Shown here: positions 53,200 to 64,000 of the stretch, piece after piece
Layout of the letters: the number at the start of each line of letters is the position of its first letter
Position numbering within the stretch: the first letter of the stretch is position 1
Assembly (NCBI GenBank): GCA_964016885.1
Contig: OZ024742.1
Location: forward strand, 351,230,001-351,294,000
Direction: 5' to 3'
Source of the DNA: Eledone cirrhosa
Lineage: Eukaryota
Length of the DNA: 64,000 nucleotides
Translations under genes and position numbers: made by a program
The notes under the pieces: model-generated
Told to the model about the DNA's origin: nothing
Databases searched by the model: none
What the model saw: only the letters and a program-made list of their open reading frames with translations

Positions 53200-54800
53200 A
53201 TATAAGGGGGATCTTGCATATGCAAACTATGCCTGAACGAGACCCTCGAGATACTAAGAGGTGGGAGCGGCCTGATAAGCCTCAGAACCCACTTCTTCGG
53301 TACATGCAGACACCTTAGAGCCGGGACCTTCCTCAATATATATGGACAGTAGCAACACAAGAAGATGTGAACACCCTATCAAGCTATAGGGACTTCTCCA
53401 GAACATGTAGACACCTCTCGGCCAGGCCTCCCTCAAGCTATATGGGCAGTCACAACACCCTAGGTTGAGAACTCCCCTCAAGCCATAGGGAACAACCCAG
53501 GCTGAGCAGACACCATGATAGCCTAGAGGTTGAATCGGACACAGCCATTATAATTTGGCCAACACCTATATAACACAAACACATTTTAATTTACTTGATT
53601 TCTGATTCTCAATTTCCAATTCTAAATCTTAATTTCTCTTTATTAATTTGTTATTTGTTTTCTGTTCTGTTCTCTTCACTGTATCACCTTATATTTATTT
53701 TTAAGTCGAGATTGATTATAACACAAACACATTTTGTTTGATTATCTTATTCTTTTATTATTTTAACGTCTTCTCCTCATACCAATCTATCCAACATATT
53801 TCTGACCTTGAGATTGGTTATAACACACACACACTTTATCCTACTTTATTTGAATCTTCATTTTATTTTTCACATCTCCATATTCATTTTCATTACTTTT
53901 TCACCAATCTTTCATTTATTCTTTATTCTTTATTCTCTATTTATTATTTCATTCTGTTTTCTTCATTTATTGCCTTATACTTCTTCATATACATGGAATA
54001 CCCCCCCCCCCCCCAACACCACCACGGGAGATGGTGGCAGGTGGGATGAAGAAAAAACACACACAGATACTTCTAAATTGTCAGCAGCAGCAAGACATAA
54101 GCTGACCACTACACCAACAACACTACCGAAATAATAGTAGAGGTCAAATGTACTTAACAATAGCAAACACAAACACTACAGGGAGCCTCACACCAGAAAC
54201 ACATTTTATAGACTTTTGACTGAGGAATGTTCTCAAAACTGACCAATGGGAAGTTTGACATTTTTTTGTTATTTTGTTCTTTTACCACCTTGTTCCTTCT
54301 ACCACTTTATCAATTGTTTAAGCTAACTCCAACAATAACAACACTACCCACACAAGAATTGAGGTCAGATGTACCTAACAATAACAAGAACAACAACTAC
54401 AGATTGGCTTACCTCAGAATGAACGTCTATAGACTTTTGAATGAGGAATGTTCTAACAAGGCTCTTTGACACTGAAATTCGTTTGTTTGAATTCATATGA
54501 TTCCAGTTCCGCAGAGAAATAACAACCCGACCAGGAACTGGGCATACCAGAGTATTGACAAAATTATACACCTCAACAACATATGTACTTGTCTATACCA
54601 CACTAATTCGGACTGCCTGAAGAGGTCACAGCCAAAGATGACTGTCACCGAAATATATATAGCAAATTTTAAACATTTGACTTTTTATTTTACTTTATTT
54701 TACATTACTCCGGAGTAACCAAACCAACCTGCGCACTTCGTCGAGTGCTTCGGCCTGCATACTGTGATGTTGGTATACAACCAACATATACTCAAAATAT
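53200..54800 (+). mobile_element. Non-coding ~1.6-kb element with internal repeats, ending in a hammerhead/pLTR-like tail
   Basis: TA-flanked. Internal duplications include CTCAAGCTATAGG units, TATAACACAAACACATTTT (x2 plus a variant), and TAGACTTTTGA.TGAGGAATGTTCT (x2). Hammerhead at 54614. Confidence 0.55.
54614..54664 (+). ncRNA. Minimal type I hammerhead ribozyme, canonical core
   Basis: TGC-CTGAAGA-GGTcACAG..CTGTcACC-GAAA-TATATA-TA-GCA, with a G10.1-C11.1 pair. Confidence 0.8.
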
Positions 54801-54996
54801 ATATATATATATATGAAAAAAATGAAAAAAATGACTTCAAGTATATTTCTAAATAATTTTATATAAATTTATACTATCATATGAGTTGGTATAATATTAT
54901 AAAATTAAATCAAATTATTTAGAACTACGATTGAAGTTATTCGTTTCCTTTTTTTCAAATAAACTTACTTGTACCAAGGATATCACACATTTTCCA

Positions 54997-55317
<321 letters not shown>

Positions 55318-55333
55318 TATATATATATATGTT

Positions 55334-55449
<116 letters not shown>

Positions 55450-55450
55450 T

Positions 55451-55527
<77 letters not shown>

Positions 55528-55528
<1 letters not shown>

Positions 55529-56386
55529 GTATGAGATCCTTGGTATTGATTTATTGATATTTTATTTGAGTGACCCAAATCTTCCTGGTCGTTCTTTTTC
55601 GGCTGCACGGGTGATTTTAGGCATAATCTCTATGTGCTGGTAATTTAACGATAGTTATAGCTCTGATTTATCCAAATTATTGAGCCCTCTGCCACTCATA
55701 TCGGATATTGTTTATCGTTAATTCGTGATCTGATTTTCCGATACTCGATTATTCTATTATATTTAGCTCTAGACCTAGCTATTGACCAGTTAATTTTATT
55801 GATCATTTTTTTGTCGATTCTATTGACTGATGAATAGCTCCTGTTTATTTTAACATGTCTATTGAGCACTCTGATTCGATATGTGAAATTTTGTATTCCT
55901 ACATGATTTCCACATTACCGAAAATCTTTTCGCTGATATAGAGGTTATCTCCCTTGCTGGGCACCATGTGCGTGTCTGGCTAAAGGTCACTTCTTTATTA
56001 TCGGACGGAACCCGTTGATAAAGCTCTTCCGGTCCTGGCCTTCCCTAGAAGTCTTATATATTTGTATGTGGGCTGATAGTAAACGGATTAAGGAATTGCA
56101 GAAACCCAAGAAGCTAGATTTAACACCCTTCTAGCGTATCCGGGTAAGTTTTTTACATTCATTTAAATTATTGATTTATTGATATTTTATTTGAGTGACC
56201 CGAATCTTCCTGGTCGTTCTTTTTCGGCTGCACGGGTGATTTTAGGCATAATCTCTATGTGCTGGTAATTTAACGATAGTTATAGCTCTGATTTATCCAA
56301 ATTATTGAGCCCTCTGCCACCCATATCGGATATTGTTTATCGTTAATTCGTGATCTGATTTTCCGATACTCGATTATTCTATTATA
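55528..56386 (+). mobile_element. Family K non-coding module, ~625-bp unit with ~215-bp terminal direct repeat
   Basis: 55543-55760 is nearly identical to 56168-56385. It lies between (GA)n and (TA)n. Confidence 0.8.
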
Positions 56387-56401
56387 TATATATATATATA
56401 T

Positions 56402-59400
56402 AGTTATACTTGGGGAGGGTCATATTTGTGTAATATTGCCAGAATTAATAACAGAACACACTCACTGTTTGGTTGGTTTTCGCTTGTCGCTGTCTTTTAT
56501 ATCGGTAATCTAACTTACTCAGTCCTCAATGTTGCCATTGACTGACCGATGGTAGAAATAACAGTAACACCAACAACAATAACAGTGAAGTAAACAACAA
56601 TACACATAGCAATCATAACAATAATAATAATGCTAATTATAGAAACAACAACAACCACCCTGATAACAATAATAGCAACACACACAACTATGACGATAGA
56701 TATCATGACAACCCCTTAGAGAAACTATTTTTCAACCCAGCTGACAAAACATATAAAATGGGTAATATCTATCCTACGAGGTTACCCTCTAATAAAAGAG
56801 TTTGCATACCACAACAAATAGATGAGACAGAGGCACAGTTCACCATAGCTAGAAATAAGATTAGACAAATAGTAGACAGCTATACTAAGAGACAGAGAAG
56901 ACCAGAGGCCCAACAACTTGGGAGGAAACCTGTAGAAGGCTTGGTTAGCCTCAAGCAGAATACAAGGGATGGTGAGGTAGTGTGTCTACCCGCGGATAAG
57001 TCTGGTAGGATGTCAATAGATAGCATGCCGAACTACATGGAGGCTATGCAACCCCACATCACCAACACGAGCGAAGTTGCACAACAAACACACGATGGGA
57101 GAGAAAAAATCCTCAACGCTCACATGATGATGTGGACTGACATCCTAAAGCCAAGCAGACGCACTGCCAACAACATCCAGGCGTCTAACAATGGCATACC
57201 ACCCTTGTATGAGCTCCGCAAAGACCACAAGAGAGTCGACGACCCGACAACGGGACCACCAATAAGACCCGTATGCGGAGCTAATATAGCTAGCAACTAC
57301 AGGACCTCCTACTTCCTCTCAATGGTTATACGCCCCATAATCAAAATGTCCCCAGATGTATGTGACAGTACAGAGGACCTCCTCAGCAGAATCAGTGAGT
57401 GCAACAAAAACAGGAGCCTATTCAACTGCATAATAGGCAACATGGATGTGGTGTCACTGTACCCATCCATTAACATTGATTTTGCTGTGAAAAGATGTGT
57501 GGAGATGATCATTGAGAGTGAGGTGGAGTTCTGCGACGTCGACACAGACGAACTGGGCCTCCTACTTAGACTTACCTACGACACTGAATACCTAGACAGC
57601 CATGACCTTAGATGTTTCTGCCCTAGTAGACCTATAAGAGGTAGACCCCCCACCATAACCTCAATGGCAAAAAAAACTCCCCTGGGAAGGTGGATTGGGT
57701 GGACCAAAGCTATACGGACCCCCCAAAACAATGATCAGGTAAGAAAAATGGTCGCACATGCAATAGGGGCTAGTATGAAAACTACCCTAAGGGCCACATA
57801 TTTAAGTTCAACGAGAAAATCTACCCCCAAAATGAGGGAGCAGCCATCAGCGTCAGCATAGCTGGTGATGTTGCCAACCTTTTCATGGTATGGTGGGAAA
57901 GGAGACTTAAAGATCTCCTTAATGAAAGCTCCATAGACCTCATCATGTACTCTCGTTATGTAGACGATATCAATATAGTTATAAGAACACCCCCACTAGA
58001 GAGCACTAACAGTTTGATTTATAACGTAGCACGATGGAAAGCATCCAGCAGATAGCTAATTCCATACACCAGAGTATAACTGTAACTATCGACTTCCCTT
58101 CCAAACACCCTAACAATAGACTACCTGTATTAGACACAGAACTCTGCATTAACACTATAGACGAGAGAGCACAAAATCTCCACTCACACTATGCTAAACC
58201 CATGGCCTCCAAATACTTGATACTCAAAAACTCAGCAATGTCCAGTAGTGCCAAGTTTAATATTTTGATCGCAGATTTGGTACGAGTGATGAAGAATGTG
58301 TCCCGCATGTGCGACCCAAGAGAAATGGAAAGACACATCCAACACTTCATCAACCGCATGCAGTTCTCTGGCTACAACCAAAGAGACAGAGTCAGAGTAT
58401 ACGAAGGACCCATGGAAAAGTATAAGACCCTCATAGAACTGGTCATGAAAGGAATTTGCCCATTATACAGGAGCAAATCATGGAATAGCTGAGATAGAGC
58501 TAGACATAAGATAGGGAAAACCACCTCATGGTACGACAACCAGAGATACCAGAGTCAGAGTTTCATTTTTGTAGACGCCACCCCTGGACGGAAATTTGCT
58601 AACCAGTGTAGAAAGGTCCTGAGAAAGACCCACTTAAAAATAAAGGTGGTAGAAAAGCCAGGAACCACCATAAAATCCCTGATCAGCAAAACCTACCCTT
58701 TTAAGAAAACCGTCTGTAACAATAGGAAATGTATCATATGTAAGGTGAACCCCCGGATAAACTGTAAAACTAGAAACGTAGTCTATAGCATTAGATGTAC
58801 AGAGGGTACTTGCAGAAACATGACAACAACATACATAGGTGAGACAGCTCGTAGCATAGGTGAAAGGATAGACCAACACTGGGGGGAACTAAAAGGACGA
58901 ATAAATGTGTCAGTACTATACGAACATGCTAGACAACAAGATGACGGTAACATAGACAACATAGAAATTAGAATAATATCTAAACATAGAAATGACCCAG
59001 CAGATAGGCAAATCAGAGAGGCCAGTGAAATAGAAATTAGAAGACCAAAGCTAAACAGAAAGAATGAATGGAATAACAACAACACCCAAACAAACAACAC
59101 TGACCTAAGAGAAGTATAAATAAGTAAATAAAATGAGATAAATAAATAAATAAATACATACACAAGCACAATAACAACAAGCACATAAACACACACTAGT
59201 CACCCATCACACAGCAAACATAACAATATACACACACGCAAACGCATGCGCAAAGAAGACGAAATAAAATAAACAAACAAGCAAATAAATAAATAAATAT
59301 ATAGACAGACTGAATAAAAATGGCGTAGACTTACAACACAACAGGAGGAAAATATAACACCACTGACGATGTTGCAGATGTGCAACGAAAGATTTATGAT

Positions 59401-59655
59401 AAACTATATATATGTGTTTGTGTCTATATTGCATCTGTATTATTTTTGACCGTCGGTCAGTCAATGGCAACATTGAGGACCGAGTAAGTTAGATTACCGA
59501 TATAAAAGACAGCGAGAAGCGAAAACCACCCAAACAGTGAGTGTGTTCTGTTATATCTGGCAATATTACACAAATATGACCCTCCCCAAGTATAACAGTA
59601 TTTGTTTCGACACACGATTTCATATAAAAAACCTCGCAAAACTAATTCATCGCCG
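56402..59655 (+). mobile_element. Near full-length Penelope-like element (RT + GIY-YIG) with inverted 5' pLTR and 3' pLTR (family D)
   Basis: PADKSGR, LYELRKDHK, RPVCGA, NMDVVSLYPSI, RYVDDI (~57954), LPVLDTEL, HYAKPMAS, CNNRKCIIC..NCKTRNVVYSIRC..YIGETARSIGERIDQH..RQIREA..LNRKNEW. 56402-56553 is an inverted copy of 59450-59597. Frameshifts near 57790 and 58030, stop at 58490. Confidence 0.95.
59357..59400 (+). ncRNA. Hammerhead motif in the PLE pLTR (family D; stems I and III degenerate)
   Basis: CTGACGA-T-GTTGCA GATG TGCAAC-GAAA, with an extra U after A9. Confidence 0.55.
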
Positions 59656-59780
<125 letters not shown>

Positions 59781-59807
59781 CAAATATTAATTAAAATGAC
59801 AGATTAA

Positions 59808-59858
59808 AGTTTAAGCAAGGAATAGCTGCTTTCACCCTTAACGGGATCTTCTGAAAAT
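59808..59858 (-). ncRNA. Hammerhead-like motif with CAGAAGA core (family C)
   Basis: Reverse complement reads TTT-CAGAAGA-TCCCGTTAAGGGT-GAAA-GCA..TGC-TT-AAA. Confidence 0.55.
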
Positions 59859-60008
59859 AACAAAGTCAATCTCTGAACGCAGAAGTGAATATTTCAAAAA
59901 AACGTTGCAATCTGTTATTTTAATAAATATTTGCTCTACGGTACTGATATATATGATATATATTTATCCTTATCGAGTCCTCTTTCGATTTTAGTCTTCA
60001 AATTCATT

Positions 60009-60039
<31 letters not shown>

Positions 60040-60067
60040 TATATATATATATATAGTTTTAATATAA

Positions 60068-60124
60068 AAGAGCTTCTACAGAACTGGAACTCTTTCATTC
60101 GTGAGAAATCATCAGGAAGCTCTT
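60068..60124 (-). ncRNA. Type I hammerhead motif (family G relative)
   Basis: Reverse complement reads AAGAGCTTC-CTGATGA-T TTC TCAC GAA T-GAAA-GAG..CTG-TA-GAAGCTCTT. The 9-bp stem I differs in sequence from 31004 but still pairs. Confidence 0.7.
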
Positions 60125-60184
60125 ACTTAGGATTCTATATTCATGATGATTCTTCCTGAATTTCGTTTCATTTCTTCCGTATGT

Positions 60185-60725
60185 ATCTATCTATCTATCT
60201 AAGGCGGGTAACATTCCCGAGATCCATGGACGAGTTCTCTCCAGCGGTCTCTGTCCCTCATTATCGCTGCCATATCCTGCATCTCCAACAGACCAGTGTC
60301 TGTCCTTTGGGCATCAACATATGTTAACCTTGGTCTTCCTCTTCTAGTGTGTCAAAGATTGGGAATACGGAAGAGGATGTGGTTGAGAGGAAGAGCAAGG
60401 CCTGGGCGGCGTGTCACAGCTTGAGATCGGTGTGGAAGTCGGACCTTCGTAGAGACCTGAAAATCCGCCTCTTCATTGCTGTAGTGGAGTCTGTGCTGCT
60501 GTATGGGTCTGAGACTTGGACACTGACCAAGAGACTCACTCAGATGGTGGATGGGTGCTACACGAGAATGCTGAGGATGGCTCTGAACATTAATCAGTAT
60601 ACACTGAGGATGAAACACTCAGAGCTGTATGGGAGCATCCCAAAAGTCAGCTCAAAAGTGACACAGAGGAGACTGAGGTTGGCTGGACATGCTCTCCGAC
60701 ATCCAGAGTTGACATTGCACTCCGT
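60185..60725 (-). mobile_element. RTE LINE (same family as 13283-14312) with 5' inversion
   Basis: 60198-60351 is the reverse complement of the 3' end (14160-14313), with a (TAGA)n tail. 60353-60725 is the upstream part (13762-14133) in the opposite orientation. Confidence 0.92.
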
Positions 60726-60735
60726 ATATATATAT

Positions 60736-62445
<1,710 letters not shown>

Positions 62446-62825
62446 TAAGTTCCAAGCCTCGTGGATAGATCCAAGATCGGGTATATCCAGAGAAAAGGAA
62501 CGATACTACCGGTAGTCGAGACTAGAGGAATGTTGGTAAAGTTTATATGCATTTTTTCTTCAAACTTCTATTTCCTGCCTAACTCCACGTAGTTGATTAT
62601 TTGTGTTCTAAATTTCTACGGGCTAAAAGGAATGACTAGTTAAATTTGATATGGCTATACCTCGCGGAAGACAGTTTGTATCATTTGTCTATTATTTCTT
62701 CATAGTTACACTTTATACTTATAGCCTAGTTTAAATGACTATGTATGTGGTTGATCTATACGGACTAGGGAGAGGAAACACTGTATATATTTCACCTACT
62801 AGTTCTTTAAACTTGCAATTATATA

Positions 62826-62890
<65 letters not shown>

Positions 62891-64000
62891 GATACATGAC
62901 TGTCGCCGATATTAAATTTCCCTCATCTCAACTAATGAAACGACATATAGAAATCCGATTATATAACTTGCTTAATTCTCACAGTAGAAATATTTGTAGA
63001 GAACATCTGAATTTCAACGTATATTGTTATATTGCACCATGTATATACTACAAGCTTGAATGAGTTTAATGATATAACCTGTGTATTACAGCATAAGTAT
63101 TACCGAAAGTATTAGGCAAATGCTATTCAGCTACATATATAATATACTCATACCACCTCGGCCTAGGCGTTGGAGCAATCATGAATATATACTGTCATTG
63201 GCGATATATCGAGATCTATCCTATATGAAATCGTCCTCAACATTTCTAATGATATAATCTCAAACACAGCAAGGAAAACACTATCAGATGAAGAAACAGC
63301 TCAGAACGTTTGCTGCAGCCATAACACATTTAAATGAATGCGTGTTAAGTATTAGTTTTTCCAGAATTACCTATCTTTTTATGCGACAGATTGATTCAAA
63401 CAAGCTATCTCATAATGACCCAATTTTTAATTCCTGATAGAAATATTTTCTTAAATCAAAATTTAAAACATATCTGGTGTCCAATAAATAAGTTCCAATG
63501 CTCAATACATCAAACATTGCTATCATGTAGAGTTTCGGACAGAATATTACATTTCATATCGTATTTTCTATATAAAACTATTGCCTATTTCGGTATGCCC
63601 ACCGCAGTTATGCTTTTCTAATCAAAGTAATAATGATGAGCATAAGAAACCAAATATATTTGGTTGACAAATCCTCTGTTCAGTTAATTCAATGAGCCCC
63701 ATCTCCTGCCATACTCATAACATCCTTTGTCTATATCCTCTAATGGACAGATATAGATATATAATTAAATGAAATAAAAACTGCAATGAATATGGCAATA
63801 AGGAAACGAAAAAGAAAGAGAAGGAAAGGAGATAAAGAAAAGAAAAATGAAATTAAGCAACGAAAGAAAGGGAAAGGGGAAAGGAGCGACGGACTCACAC
63901 TCAAGTCTGAGGAGTATGTTTCAACATACCTTCATCTCTATTTGAATTTCCAACATCCTGAGCTTCTCTATCCTCCATACCCACCTGGTTTATATGTTTC

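Noticed and set aside
58488-58494. In-frame TGA in the PLE as selenocysteine or readthrough
   Set aside because: The context is not a Cys position and the element also has frameshifts. A CGA-to-TGA mutation is the simpler explanation.

Overview
AT-rich, repeat-saturated eukaryotic DNA. The tRNA-derived SINE families, (TA)n/(GA)n/(CA)n microsatellites and the RTE/CR1/Penelope content suggest an octopus or other coleoid genome (inference). I can support no intact host gene. The window holds decayed LINEs (one CR1-type, several RTE-type), three Penelope-like elements (PLEs; RT, with GIY-YIG in two), a mariner relic, a probable Helitron relic, about 20 SINE copies and a 2.1-kb 12-bp minisatellite. 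The most striking signal is about a dozen families of short non-coding modules inserted in (TA)n tracts as partial-tandem or fold-back copies. Most carry a minimal type I hammerhead ribozyme fold, which I traced by hand. Several have recurrent non-canonical cores (CAGANGA; U.U at the base of stem II). Some copies start or invert at the predicted cleavage site, and several families share an ACTC...GAGT hairpin downstream. This looks like a diverse set of PLE-mobilised, retrozyme-like RNAs. No folding or database searches were run, and element boundaries are approximate.
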